A stretch of DNA of 64,000 nt, from positions 96,001 through 160,000 of the forward strand of contig CBDFFH010000038.1 of assembly GCA_965246715.1 (NCBI GenBank). The letters are read 5' to 3'. Each line of letters starts with the position of its first letter. Position 1 is the first letter of the stretch. Shown here piece by piece: positions 14,538 through 24,518 of this stretch. Both the position numbers and the translations under genes were made by a program. The notes under the pieces are model-generated. The model saw only the letters and a program-made list of their open reading frames with translations, ran no database searches and was not told the origin of the DNA. This stretch comes from Chamaesiphon sp. (GTDB taxonomy: Bacteria; Cyanobacteriota; Cyanobacteriia; Cyanobacteriales; Chamaesiphonaceae).

Positions 14538-16061
14538 ATGCTTACCGATCTCCCAACTACAATCCCCACTCCTACCCAAATTCAATCCGTACGAGAATAC
14601 ATCAAACGTACCTGGAAAACCCTCTATCGATCGCAAGAACACATTCTCAAAGCAGCCAAAGATATCAAAGTCGAACATACCCCCGGTCAAAGGTGGATAG
14701 TGTACGTCTCTCAACAAGAAGACTTCGATCGAGTCACACAATCCCTCCAGCAAGTGCTACCAGCATTAGAATGGAGCCAAATCGACCTCCGCGTCCTACC
14801 TGCGGATGTAGACCAAATCCAAGAACACGGTCTCCTCTACCTGCCCCACGCGTATGTAGTGCCTGGTGGTAGGTTCAACGAAATGTATGGGTGGGATAGC
14901 TATTTCATCCAGATGGGACTGTTGCGGGATGGTGAAATCGACCTAGCGCGGAGCATGACCGAACAACTAATCTATGAGATCGAGCATTATGGCACAATTC
15001 TCAATGCCAATCGCACTTATCAACTGGCGCGCTCTCAGCCACCATTATTAACGCTGATGATTTTGTCAGTATATGCCCAAACTCACGATCGAGATTGGGT
15101 GCGATCGCTGCTACCGATGGTCGAGCGGTTCTATTACTACTGGACGGTGCCGCCACATTTAAACCCTGCCACTGGGCTATCTCGCTACTACGCCTTGGGT
15201 AATGGCCCCGCGCCAGAAGTGCTGGTATCTGAGCAGGACGAGGATGGCAGAACGCATTACGATCGGGTGCGCGAGTATTACCGTCAGCATGATATTACTG
15301 ATTACGATCTCAACCTGTATTACGATCGAGAGCAAGATTGTCTGACTGACTTGTTTTATCAAGGCGATCGATCGATGCGCGAATCGGGGTTTGATATTAC
15401 CAACCGCTTTGGCCCCTTTAGTGTCGATATCATTCATTATGTGCCCGTCTGCTTGAATGTCTTGCTGTACCAAATGGAGCGAGATCTGGCGACCCTCTAC
15501 GAAATCGTCGGTCAGGAGGAATCCGCTCAGCCTTGGCGAGATCGGGCGATCGATCGTCACGAACGGATCGATCGATTTTTGTGGGACGAAGATGCTGGTC
15601 AATATTTTGACTACAACTTTAGTACTGGAGATCGTCGTCAGTATGAGTTTGCCACCACCTTCTATCCCCTGTGGGCGGGGATTGCCTCAGTCGAACAAGC
15701 CCAGCGAGTAGTCGAAAATCTTGCCAAGTTTGAAATGCCAGGTGGTTTACTCACCAGCACCCATGTTAGCGGCAACCAGTGGGATGCACCGTTTGGGTGG
15801 GCACCGTTGCAGCTATTTGCAGTACAAGGGTTGCACCGATATGGTTATAAAGAGGATGCAGCGCGATTGGCGCAGAAATTTATTGCAATGCTCGTTCAAG
15901 AATTTACCAGCTCTGGCACCCTAGTGGAAAAATACGATGTCTGCGCCTGTTCTGCGAATGTTTCGGACGAAATTCTCTTTGGCTACAGCTCTAACGAAAT
16001 TGGCTTCGGCTGGACAAATGGTGTATTTTTAGAGTTACTAGCAATTCTAGAAGACGACTGA
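14538..16061 (+). CDS. treH: Alpha,alpha-trehalase (GH37)
   Basis: VPGGRFNEMYGWDSYF, RSQPPLL, QWDAPFGWAP and GFGWTNGV; follows treZ-treY as in the known cyanobacterial mth-mts-treH cluster. Confidence 0.92.
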   Translation: MLTDLPTTIPTPTQIQSVREYIKRTWKTLYRSQEHILKAAKDIKVEHTPGQRWIVYVSQQEDFDRVTQSLQQVLPALEWSQIDLRVLPADVDQIQEHGLLYLPHAYVVPGGRFNEMYGWDSYFIQMGLLRDGEIDLARSMTEQLIYEIEHYGTILNANRTYQLARSQPPLLTLMILSVYAQTHDRDWVRSLLPMVERFYYYWTVPPHLNPATGLSRYYALGNGPAPEVLVSEQDEDGRTHYDRVREYYRQHDITDYDLNLYYDREQDCLTDLFYQGDRSMRESGFDITNRFGPFSVDIIHYVPVCLNVLLYQMERDLATLYEIVGQEESAQPWRDRAIDRHERIDRFLWDEDAGQYFDYNFSTGDRRQYEFATTFYPLWAGIASVEQAQRVVENLAKFEMPGGLLTSTHVSGNQWDAPFGWAPLQLFAVQGLHRYGYKEDAARLAQKFIAMLVQEFTSSGTLVEKYDVCACSANVSDEILFGYSSNEIGFGWTNGVFLELLAILEDD

Positions 16062-16284
16062 GGAATGGATGGTGGTTCGAGTGCAGTCCAACTGAATCGC
16101 TCGATAGCGATCGAAATAATTTGTAGCAATTGAATAAATCGATAAATTATTAGTTTTCATTTGCTTGCATGGTGTGTAATTGAGTATGCAATAACGATCG
16201 GCAATCGATTGCCAGCACACAACCTGAAGATGGCTCGAATAGTCTCAGCTTTTTTATCTTCGAGTCGATTTAGGTCGCTCTACA

Positions 16285-16340
16285 AAATAAAAAGCCCCAA
16301 CTCTAGGAGCTGGGGACGAATCATCAGGGTGCATCTACCA
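16285..16340 (-). ncRNA. Candidate NsiR1-like small RNA
   Basis: Minus strand TGGTAGATGCACCCTGATGATTCGT-CCCCAGCTCCTAGAGTTGGGG-CTTTTTATTT. The 5' part matches my recollection of the NsiR1 5' sequence, and it ends in a hairpin plus U-tract. TCCCGA, one mismatch from the DIF1 motif TCCGGA, lies at -35 to -30. Confidence 0.6.
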
Positions 16341-16478
16341 CTCCTATATCCGCACCCTGACTGTGGCTATCGGGATGAAAACAGATCGATTGGAATAATT
16401 CTCGTTCCCAGCGACTCCACCAACGGGCATAATGATGCAAGATTTGAGATTAATTCCCAATTTTTGGCGAAAACCCCT

Positions 16479-17315
16479 ATGACTACAGTAAAAGATGCGA
16501 TCGATAGCATGTTGCGATCGCGGGTTGTCGATACCGGACGAGTGAGTGGGCTGAGTCGGCAAATTATCGCCCAGATGAATAATCTCCAAACTGGGATTTT
16601 GCTCAATTTTGAAAGCTTACCAGGAATAGTTAGTTCGCAAGAACCACATCTCAATTTATTTCTACAATCTGGCCCTAAAGAGTCGCTGCGTGCTGCATTG
16701 CGGGATGGTACCACCAAACAGCCCAAGTTGAAAATGACGATTAATTCGGCTTATCGCACCGTCGTCCAGCAATATATTCTCTTTCAACTCTACCGCCACG
16801 ATCGGAAGTTAGTCCCATTAGCCGCTATTCCAGGGAATAGCAATCATGAAGATGGCATGGCGATCGATATCAATAATTATCAGGAGTGGAAGCCTTATCT
16901 GCTCGGTCATGGCTGGCAATGGCAGGGCAATGGCGATCCTGTCCATTTTTTCGATCGCAGCGGGCGCGATGATGTTGGTAGTCTAGGGGTACAAGCATTT
17001 CAGAGTCTCTGGAATAAATATCATCCAGAAGACAAGATTCCCGCTACCGGAAATTTTGGAGATCTCACAGCCGCCAGGATGGATCGATCTCCTATTAGTG
17101 GGTTCGGAGCGGTGACGATTTTTCATCAAGGCGATACCGGAGCTGCGATCGAACGGATTCAAACAGCGTTAACTAAAATGGGTTTCACCGTGCCAGTTAC
17201 AGGCACATTCGGCGAACAAACTAAAGATGCTGTCATCAAATTTCAACACAAGTACGGCTTGAGTGCCGATGGCTCTGTCGGCCCACTTACACTCAAAAAA
17301 TTGGGAATCATTTGA
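16479..17315 (+). CDS. M15-type (D-Ala-D-Ala/endolysin-like) Zn peptidase with C-terminal peptidoglycan-binding domain(s)
   Basis: SAYRT, SNHEDGMAIDI and DPVHF metal motifs; PG_binding_1 signature IQTAL...FGEQTKDAVIKFQ...ADGSVGPLT. Start taken at MTTVKDA. Confidence 0.8.
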   Translation: MTTVKDAIDSMLRSRVVDTGRVSGLSRQIIAQMNNLQTGILLNFESLPGIVSSQEPHLNLFLQSGPKESLRAALRDGTTKQPKLKMTINSAYRTVVQQYILFQLYRHDRKLVPLAAIPGNSNHEDGMAIDINNYQEWKPYLLGHGWQWQGNGDPVHFFDRSGRDDVGSLGVQAFQSLWNKYHPEDKIPATGNFGDLTAARMDRSPISGFGAVTIFHQGDTGAAIERIQTALTKMGFTVPVTGTFGEQTKDAVIKFQHKYGLSADGSVGPLTLKKLGII

Positions 17316-17376
17316 TGATGGATTGTCGAGTCGATCGAGGATGTTAAAATGGTGTTGTATATTTCTTAACAGGCTG

Positions 17377-17646
17377 ATGACACTAACCATTGACCTACCA
17401 TCAGAATTAGAACGGTATCTCTTGCAGGAAGCTCGATCGCAAGGGATTTCGCTAGAGGCTATGACATTGCGACTGTTGACAAACTCTATCCCGATGCTCG
17501 ATTCGAGCGGCTCCGCCAATGGGCAAGAACTAACCGCAGCCTTACCTGCAAAACAACAGCGAGTATTTGGGCAATATCAGGGCAGAATTAAAATGAGTGA
17601 AGATTTTGACGAACCTTTACCAGATTCTTTTTGGTTAGGCGAGTAA
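17377..17646 (+). CDS. Type II antitoxin (DUF2281/VapB-like)
   Basis: MTLTIDLPSELE N-terminus and C-terminal RVFGQYQGRIKMSEDFDEPLPD; its stop overlaps the PIN toxin start (TAATG). Confidence 0.75.
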   Translation: MTLTIDLPSELERYLLQEARSQGISLEAMTLRLLTNSIPMLDSSGSANGQELTAALPAKQQRVFGQYQGRIKMSEDFDEPLPDSFWLGE

Positions 17647-18032
17647 TGAAGCTACTGCTAGATACCAACGTTTTTATCTGGCTCAATGATGCACCACATC
17701 GAGTGAGAGATCGAGTCATGGCAGTCATCTCGAATCCAGATAATGACTTGTACTTGAGTTTGACTAGTATTTGGGAAATGCAAATTAAAATTCAACTCGG
17801 AAAGCTAGAACTGAGCGATTCTCTCCCTGACATTTTAAAAACCCAACAAGCAGGAAATAATCTTCAAGTTCTAACGATCGACCTTAACCATATTTGGTCG
17901 TTAGAAAATTTACCATATCATCATCGCGATCCTTTTGACAGATTATTAATCGCCCAGGCAAAAACTGAAGGAATGACATTGGTGTCCGCAGATGGGATAT
18001 TCGAGATGTACGATGTAGATTTGCTATGGTAG
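17646..18032 (+). CDS. vapC: VapC-family PIN domain toxin
   Basis: MKLLLDTNVFIW, SIWEMQIK, HHRDPFDRLLIAQA and LVSAD. Confidence 0.92.
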   Translation: MKLLLDTNVFIWLNDAPHRVRDRVMAVISNPDNDLYLSLTSIWEMQIKIQLGKLELSDSLPDILKTQQAGNNLQVLTIDLNHIWSLENLPYHHRDPFDRLLIAQAKTEGMTLVSADGIFEMYDVDLLW

Positions 18033-18061
18033 CTTGAGATTTTGAGATCTATCGTCTCAGT

Positions 18062-18123
18062 AGCGATCGGTCTTGAAAGCGTTACAGGACTTAATACAAG
18101 TAACGCTTTCAAGACCGATCGCT
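18062..18123. repeat. Perfect 24-bp-stem inverted repeat
   Basis: AGCGATCGGTCTTGAAAGCGTTAC - AGGACTTAATACAA - GTAACGCTTTCAAGACCGATCGCT. Its core recurs at 54720-54746. Confidence 0.85.
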
Positions 18124-18442
18124 GCCGAAAACCGTAGCCTAAGATACATTTTCTACCACAAACCCAGGAGAGCCGGAATATGGGCTTTTAGGGTGTGGTT
18201 GCGATCGCTCCCACCATAAACGCCCACTCCAAACAATCTTGACAATTCAAGCTAATACTGCTGTTCCCCCGATCGCATTACCCCCCATCCCCCAGATTGG
18301 AGATCTCGATCGCCCAAATTCCCCTCGATCTGCTGGGTATCTTAAAATAGAGAAAGTGCATACAAACGATCGGGTAATCCCGAAATAATGCGCTAAACTT
18401 ACATACGGGAATTCGCTCGATGATGGGGATAGGCTAAATATA

Positions 18443-20473
18443 GTGGGTAAAAAAGATATGGAACTAAAGCTACCAGATGCAACCGTAGCTGCGGAATTGA
18501 ATCAATTGTTGAAAAATACTGTAGCTCCCCAGGGTGAAATCAGCGTGGCTCTAAAGCAACATCCTCAAATCGAAGTGCCAAAAGCACCTTGGACGATCGA
18601 AGACAGCGAGCGCCAATACCGGATTGAGGGCTGGGGCGAGCCTTATTTCTCGATTAATGCCGCCGGACATGTTACTGTTGCGCCTCAAGGCGATCGCGGT
18701 GGTTCGCTCGACCTCTACGATCTCGTTAGCGCCCTCAAACAGCGCAATCTGTCTCTGCCCCTACTGATTCGTTTTTCAGATATCTTAGAGCACCGAATCG
18801 AGCGGTTGAATGCCTGTTTTGCGAAGGCGATCGCTCGGTATAATTATGATGGTGTTTATAAGGGAGTATTTCCCGTTAAGTGTAATCAACAAAAGCACTT
18901 AGTCGAAGATCTGGTTAAATTTGGTAGACCTTATCAATTTGGATTAGAAGCGGGTTCCAAACCAGAGTTGACGATCGCGATCGCGATGTTAAATAACCCT
19001 GGTGCGTTGTTAATCTGCAACGGCTACAAAGATCGCGAATATATCGAAACCGCGATCCTCGCCCAGAAATTAGACCAAACCCCGATTATCGTTCTCGAAC
19101 AAATCGAAGAAGTCGAAATCGCGATCGCTGCGGCTCAATCCCTGGGCATCAAACCCAATCTCGGCGTGCGGGCGAAGCTCAATGCCAAAGGCACCGGACG
19201 CTGGGGTGTATCGAGTGGCGATCGCGCTAAATTTGGGCTGACAATTCCCGAAATTATCATGGTCGTGGACAGGCTCAAGGAAGTCGATATGTTAGACTCT
19301 CTCCAGCTCCTCCACTTCCACATCGGCTCGCAAATTTCCTCGATTTCGGTAATTAAGGAAGCCATCGGCGAAGCGAGTAAAATCTACGTCGAACTCGTGC
19401 AACTGGGCGCGAAGATGAAATATCTAGACGTAGGTGGCGGCTTGGGCATCGACTATGACGGTTCGCAAACCAATTTTCACGCATCCAAAAATTACGATCT
19501 CCAAAACTACGCCAACGATATCGTTGCCGAAGTGCGTGAGACTTGTAACGAGAAAAATATCCCCGTTCCAACTTTAATCAGTGAAAGCGGACGCGCGATC
19601 GCCTCACACCAATCCGTGCTGGTATTTGATGTCCTCAGTACTTGTGAAGTCCGGACGGATTTACCCCAGCCGAAGACCGATGCCGAGCATCAGATCGTGC
19701 GAAATCTTTGGGAAACTTATGAAAGTATCACTCCTGAAAACTTTCGCGAAGCTTTCTATGATGCCAACCAATTTAAGGATGAAGCCTTGAGTCGGTTCAA
19801 GCTCGGCTATCTGACGATGACCGATCGATCGCGTGCCGAACAACTTTACTGGGCTTGCTGCCAAAAAATCCTCGATATCGCTAAGCGCGAGGAATATATG
19901 CCCGAAGATTTGGAAGAACTCGAACAAATCATGGCATCGATTTACTATATCAACCTGTCGGTATTTCAATCCGCACCAGATAGTTGGGCGATCGATCAAT
20001 TATTCCCGATCATGCCCATCCATCGCTTGGATGAAGAACCCACTCGGCGCGGGATCTTAGCCGATCTTACTTGCGATAGCGATGGTAAAATCGACCAATT
20101 TATCGACCTCAAGGATGTCAAACACGTCCTCGAACTCCACGCCCTCGAACCCAACAAACCTTATTATCTAGGTTTATTCCTCGGCGGCGCTTATCAAGAA
20201 ACGATGGGCAATCTCCATAATCTCTTCGGTGATACCAATGCCGTCCACATCAAACTCACCCCCAAAGGCTACAAAATCGAACATGTAGTTAAGGGTGACA
20301 CGATGAAGGAAGTATTGGGTTACGTCCAATACGATATCGAAGATATGGTCGAAAGCGTCCGTCAAAAAGCCGAACAAGCCTTGTTAGACAAACGCATTAC
20401 GATCGATGAAGCTCAACGATTATTGAAAAACTACGAACGCAGTCTCGAACAATATACTTATCTGACTCCATAA
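18443..20473 (+). CDS. speA: Biosynthetic arginine decarboxylase
   Basis: VFPVKCNQ (PLP lysine), GLEAGSKPEL, HFHIGSQI, DVGGGLGIDYDGS and DLTCDSDG. The start may instead be the ATG at 18458. Confidence 0.96.
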   Translation: MGKKDMELKLPDATVAAELNQLLKNTVAPQGEISVALKQHPQIEVPKAPWTIEDSERQYRIEGWGEPYFSINAAGHVTVAPQGDRGGSLDLYDLVSALKQRNLSLPLLIRFSDILEHRIERLNACFAKAIARYNYDGVYKGVFPVKCNQQKHLVEDLVKFGRPYQFGLEAGSKPELTIAIAMLNNPGALLICNGYKDREYIETAILAQKLDQTPIIVLEQIEEVEIAIAAAQSLGIKPNLGVRAKLNAKGTGRWGVSSGDRAKFGLTIPEIIMVVDRLKEVDMLDSLQLLHFHIGSQISSISVIKEAIGEASKIYVELVQLGAKMKYLDVGGGLGIDYDGSQTNFHASKNYDLQNYANDIVAEVRETCNEKNIPVPTLISESGRAIASHQSVLVFDVLSTCEVRTDLPQPKTDAEHQIVRNLWETYESITPENFREAFYDANQFKDEALSRFKLGYLTMTDRSRAEQLYWACCQKILDIAKREEYMPEDLEELEQIMASIYYINLSVFQSAPDSWAIDQLFPIMPIHRLDEEPTRRGILADLTCDSDGKIDQFIDLKDVKHVLELHALEPNKPYYLGLFLGGAYQETMGNLHNLFGDTNAVHIKLTPKGYKIEHVVKGDTMKEVLGYVQYDIEDMVESVRQKAEQALLDKRITIDEAQRLLKNYERSLEQYTYLTP

Positions 20474-20491
20474 ATTGGTGTTAGATATATT

Positions 20492-20528
20492 TAAAAGGTC
20501 GATCGAGTATTACTCGATCGACCTTTTT
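20492..20528. terminator. Bidirectional intrinsic terminator between speA and the convergent small ORFs
   Basis: AAAAGGTCGATCGAGTA-T-TACTCGATCGACCTTTT with A/T tracts on both sides. Confidence 0.8.
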
Positions 20529-20606
20529 ATTCCAGTAGGGAGCGTCGCCAATTTGATTTTCGTCAACGCTTAAATGTTGCGATTTAACATCGAAAGGCCA
20601 TCGAGC

Positions 20607-20873
20607 CTACCGCTCCGAACGCTGACGACTGGGAGCCAGATCGCCATACCGCCGCCGCCATTCGAGCTGCCGCCGCCGCGCCTGCTGCCGCCGAAGTTTT
20701 TCCCGTAAGCGTTGGCGTTCGGCCGATTCGGGACTCTGACGCATTGTCGACTGCGCTGTGAAATCTGAGCGTCGATTGACAGCGCTACTATCCGGCTCGG
20801 CAATTGCCTGACTCGGGTGGATAACTGGCACCATTGTCAAGCAAACAACGGCGATTGCTACATACTTAAACAT
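20607..20873 (-). CDS. Small secreted hypothetical protein (paralog of 20983-21264)
   Basis: Signal-peptide-like N-terminus ending AIA-E; its C-terminal QLEWRRRYGDLAPSRQRSER is identical to that of the neighbour. Confidence 0.75.
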   Translation of the reverse strand: MFKYVAIAVVCLTMVPVIHPSQAIAEPDSSAVNRRSDFTAQSTMRQSPESAERQRLREKLRRQQARRRQLEWRRRYGDLAPSRQRSER

Positions 20874-20982
20874 ACTAAGTTTCCCCTGATTAGATTGGAT
20901 TGAAATTCGATCGGGTTAACTTGAATCAACATGGGTTCGCTCGATTTAAGTGGAGCGAGAATTCAGTAATAGTCGCTCGAGC

Positions 20983-21264
20983 TTACCGCTCCGAACGCTG
21001 ACGACTGGGTGCCAAATCTCCATACCGCCGTCGCCATTCCAACTGCTCCTCGAGAGCAGTCTGCTGCTGGACTTTTGCACGGTCCCGTTCGCGTTCGATC
21101 GACTCTGGAGTGCGTTGTCCGATTGGCAGATCGCTCGGAGCTGACTGCTGAGTTACATTGTTGTTACTGCGATTCGACTCGGCTATTTCTGCGATCGATC
21201 GAGTCGGCTGAAGCACTGGCAAGAGCGTCAGCCAAAAAAGTAATAGAGTTGTAGATTTGAACAT
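20983..21264 (-). CDS. Small secreted hypothetical protein (paralog of 20607-20873)
   Basis: Signal-peptide-like N-terminus ending SIA-E and the same C-terminal 20-mer; starts 5 bp after the beta-barrel gene stop. Confidence 0.75.
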   Translation of the reverse strand: MFKSTTLLLFWLTLLPVLQPTRSIAEIAESNRSNNNVTQQSAPSDLPIGQRTPESIERERDRAKVQQQTALEEQLEWRRRYGDLAPSRQRSER

Positions 21265-21269
21265 ATCGA

Positions 21270-21716
21270 TTAAAATCTTATCCCCGCCCCGACTGCAACA
21301 TTTGTTGAATCGCTACTGCTAATCGGCACATTTAGATTGGCTTTTAACACAAAAAGACTGTCGATATTATAATCTGCGCCAGCAGTAAGATAAGCAGTCG
21401 TATTACTGTTATTACCGCCGCTATTAAATCTCACACCTACACCACCAAAGGGGGTCAACTTTCTCTCAGCATCTACAGTTGGAAAGTCATAGGTTATTGC
21501 CGCACCAAAGGTTGTCGTATTGTTAGGGAAATAAATGCTCGGACGCACAGAGACGCTATCATAAATGACGAAGCGAGAATCGATACCGACCGATGTCTGT
21601 CCGTTACCAAAAAGTACGGATGCGCCAACGTTGTTTTGACCTAATTGCGCTTGTGCTGGTCGGACTGCCAAGAATGTAGATGACAGAATTGCTAATGATA
21701 ATAGTAGTTTTTTCAT
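21270..21716 (-). CDS. Small outer-membrane beta-barrel (porin-family/OmpW-like) protein
   Basis: Signal peptide (AQA), alternating amphipathic strands, and a terminal GAGIRF with C-terminal Phe (BAM signal). Confidence 0.75.
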   Translation of the reverse strand: MKKLLLSLAILSSTFLAVRPAQAQLGQNNVGASVLFGNGQTSVGIDSRFVIYDSVSVRPSIYFPNNTTTFGAAITYDFPTVDAERKLTPFGGVGVRFNSGGNNSNTTAYLTAGADYNIDSLFVLKANLNVPISSSDSTNVAVGAGIRF

Positions 21717-21907
21717 GATATGTTTGTGTCGAACAATGAAGACAATAATCGAACTGCTTGGAAAAGGTAACTACTCGATCGAATCGAGATTTTCTCAAGT
21801 GATTTAAGGTTCGATACCACCAATTATCATGAAAATTACTCTATGTATCATCAATCGATCGAGATAATCTTTAGTACTAATTTGGACTGAATAAATCGCT
21901 CGATCGA

Positions 21908-21939
21908 CAGATAGCAACGGCGATTGCCGTTGCTATCTG
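21908..21939. repeat. 14-bp-stem hairpin, possible terminator downstream of sigD
   Basis: CAGATAGCAACGGC-GATT-GCCGTTGCTATCTG; no clear U-tract. Confidence 0.5.
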
Positions 21940-22101
21940 CGGAATTTAGTTAAAAATCGAATTTCTACCTGCACTGACAGCTCGAGCTGCTCTAAGTTAA
22001 GACGCGGCTCACACTCTTTTAGTCGCTCTCACCCCACCAGTCAGTCGGTTGCTCGATCTACTCAGATACTTCGACTTGTCAGACGATAAATATTGCCAAA
22101 T

Positions 22102-23061
22102 TTAAGATGCCAGATACGAACTCATATCACCTTTACGCTTGCGGAGCTTCGAAATCGCATCTCGTTCGATTTGCCGGATCCGTTCGCGACTCATATTTAA
22201 CATCGTACCGATCTGGGCGAGGGTGCGCGGCTGGGTATTTTGCAGCCCAAAACGCAGTGTTAGGACTTGCTGCTGTTGGGGAGTCAGCAATGACATCATT
22301 TTTGCTAAATCCACTTGCAATGCCGCACTAGTAACATAATCATCAGGAGACATCCCTGGATCTTCAAGGAGATCGCCTAGTTCGGTGTCTTGACTGTCAC
22401 CCAAGCGGATATCTAACGATAAAGGCTGCCGCGCCCATTCTAGATAATCTCTGACCTGTGAGGGCGTGAGTTGGAGTTCTGCGGCTAGTTCGGTCATCGT
22501 CGCCGTTCGACCGAGTTTTTGAGCTAATGCGCGTTGCGCTTTTTTAATCTTGTTCAGCTTTTCCGTGATGTGGATGGGGAGCCGAATCGCCCGAGCTTTT
22601 TCAGCGATGGCGCGAGTAATTGCTTGGCGAATCCACCAATATGCATATGTAGAAAAACGATAACCTTTGCTAGGGTCGAATTTATCAACGCCACGCTGCA
22701 TCCCGATCGTTCCCTCTTGAATCAAATCCAAAAAGTCAATATTCCGTTTGGTATATTTTTTGGCCACGGATACTACCAAGCGGAGGTTCGCTTCAACCAT
22801 TTGTCGTTTTGCCTTTTCACCGATGGCAATGGTTTTTTGTAGCTGAAACAAGCTCAGACGGGCGGCCGCCGACCATTCGCTCATATTCGGTTCGCGATTG
22901 AGTTCGACTGTCAGCGCTTGTTTGAGATCCATTAGCGAAACTAACTGCTGCACCTGTTTACCATATTCGATTTCTTGCTCGTGAGTAAGCAACGGTACGC
23001 GCCCGATTTCACGCAGATAGCTGCGGACGGTATCTGTAGATGCGGTAGTGGTCGTTTTCAT
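22102..23061 (-). CDS. sigD: Group 2 RNA polymerase sigma factor, SigD-like
   Basis: [52 protein letters not shown] and an HTH region 4. Start taken at MKTTTT. The SigD subtype call rests on the N-terminus. Confidence 0.85.
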   Translation of the reverse strand: MKTTTTASTDTVRSYLREIGRVPLLTHEQEIEYGKQVQQLVSLMDLKQALTVELNREPNMSEWSAAARLSLFQLQKTIAIGEKAKRQMVEANLRLVVSVAKKYTKRNIDFLDLIQEGTIGMQRGVDKFDPSKGYRFSTYAYWWIRQAITRAIAEKARAIRLPIHITEKLNKIKKAQRALAQKLGRTATMTELAAELQLTPSQVRDYLEWARQPLSLDIRLGDSQDTELGDLLEDPGMSPDDYVTSAALQVDLAKMMSLLTPQQQQVLTLRFGLQNTQPRTLAQIGTMLNMSRERIRQIERDAISKLRKRKGDMSSYLAS

Positions 23062-23669
23062 GGGGATGGTGAAGTGTGAGGTAAAGAGCAAGTTGGGGAG
23101 ATCGATGAAGATGCTAGGTTGAGCGCGATCGTAAATAAGTACAAATTCGCAAACCAACTGGAAAGATTTCTCTAGACGTGGTGCCAAACCCTACTAGAGC
23201 GGTTCTCGGCGATATAAGTACTTATTCTGCGCGAGATCGCTAGCGATCGAATCAATCTATCGATATAAGTTTCCTGTTGTAGTTCGGTGTAAAATATCTG
23301 CCAATCGGGAGATCTAAAACTGCTAATTTATCTTGATAGTGAATAATCTCGATCGACGCTCTGGAGATAATTCTAGAAATCGATCGGGCTGAATCGATCG
23401 GGCTGAGTCGCGCTGCTTGTCTCGAGTTTCTGCTTAATGCGCTGTATTGTCTTGCTGCCATATTTTCGATCGCTGAGGTTTAGCACGTCAAGACAGGGAA
23501 ATCTGTCCGCTCTGAGCGGAAGTTGAGCTGGACTCGTGAAATCGTCAAGCATTATCAAAGTTGGCAGCAATCGACTGGATTTGATATAAAGAAGATACTC
23601 TCTCGCGGCAGAATCAAGCTTGCGGAGAAAGTCAAAATAGTTACCAATACGCAAGACTAATCCGATCTA

Positions 23670-24518
23670 ATGGTAGAAATCAAACTAGCGCAACTTCGCA
23701 ATTTATTTGTCGAAATGGATCGGGCATTGATTGCTTATTCTGGTGGCATCGATAGCACTTTGGTTGCTAAGATTGCCTATGATGTTTTAGGAGATCGCGC
23801 CCTAGCAGTGACAGCAAAATCGCCGTCTTTATTACCCGAAGAATTGGAAGACGCAACCATCCAAGCAGCGACGATCGGGATCGCCCATCAAGTCGTAGAA
23901 ACTTATGAGATGGACAATCCTAATTATTCATCAAATCCTGTGAATCGCTGCTATTTTTGCAAGAGCGAACTCCACGATACACTCAAGCCGATGGCGATGA
24001 AATTTGGTTATCCATACGTTGTCGATGGTGTCAATGCTGACGACTTGGGAGATTATCGTCCGGGGATTCAAGCGGCTAAAGAACGTGGTGCTAGGTCTCC
24101 ATTAGCTGAGCTGGGGATTACGAAATTAGAAGTGCGTGAAATTGCCAAATCGATCGGGCTACCTTGGTGGAATAAACCCGCGCAACCTTGTTTGAGTTCG
24201 CGGTTTCCATATGGCGAAGAGATTACGATTCCTAAGTTAAATCGCGTTGGTAGAGCGGAGATTTATTTGCGGCGGCTGGGTTATGAAAATGTCCGCGTTC
24301 GCTCCACTGGCGATACTGCCAAAATTGAGTTGCCTATGGATTTAATTCAACAATTTGTCGCGACCAATAATTTAGCAGAATTAGTAACAATATTTCAATC
24401 TTTTGGGTTTATTTATGTAAGTCTCGACTTAGAAGGTTATCGTAGTGGCAAACTCAATCAAGTATTACCCGAGTTTGTCGCTTCAGCAGGGGCTGCACCA
24501 CAGGTAATTGCAAGTTAG
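23670..24518 (+). CDS. larE: LarE-family ATP-dependent sacrificial sulfur transferase (TIGR00268-like)
   Basis: PP-loop AYSGGIDS, NRCYFCK, DYRPG, PCLSSRFPYG and GYRSG. Confidence 0.9.
   Translation: MVEIKLAQLRNLFVEMDRALIAYSGGIDSTLVAKIAYDVLGDRALAVTAKSPSLLPEELEDATIQAATIGIAHQVVETYEMDNPNYSSNPVNRCYFCKSELHDTLKPMAMKFGYPYVVDGVNADDLGDYRPGIQAAKERGARSPLAELGITKLEVREIAKSIGLPWWNKPAQPCLSSRFPYGEEITIPKLNRVGRAEIYLRRLGYENVRVRSTGDTAKIELPMDLIQQFVATNNLAELVTIFQSFGFIYVSLDLEGYRSGKLNQVLPEFVASAGAAPQVIAS

Noticed and set aside
9745..16061. treZ-treY-trehalase cluster as a novel system
   Set aside because: This arrangement is already known from desiccation-tolerant cyanobacteria.
18062..18123. Possible CRISPR repeat or leader
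   Set aside because: There are no regularly spaced direct repeats with unique spacers, and no cas genes anywhere in the window.
21960..22100. Possible structured RNA downstream of sigD
   Set aside because: No recognisable family motif or convincing promoter-terminator pair.
23252..23654. Short minus-strand ORFs between sigD and larE
   Set aside because: No recognisable motif; HIP1-rich divergent promoter region.
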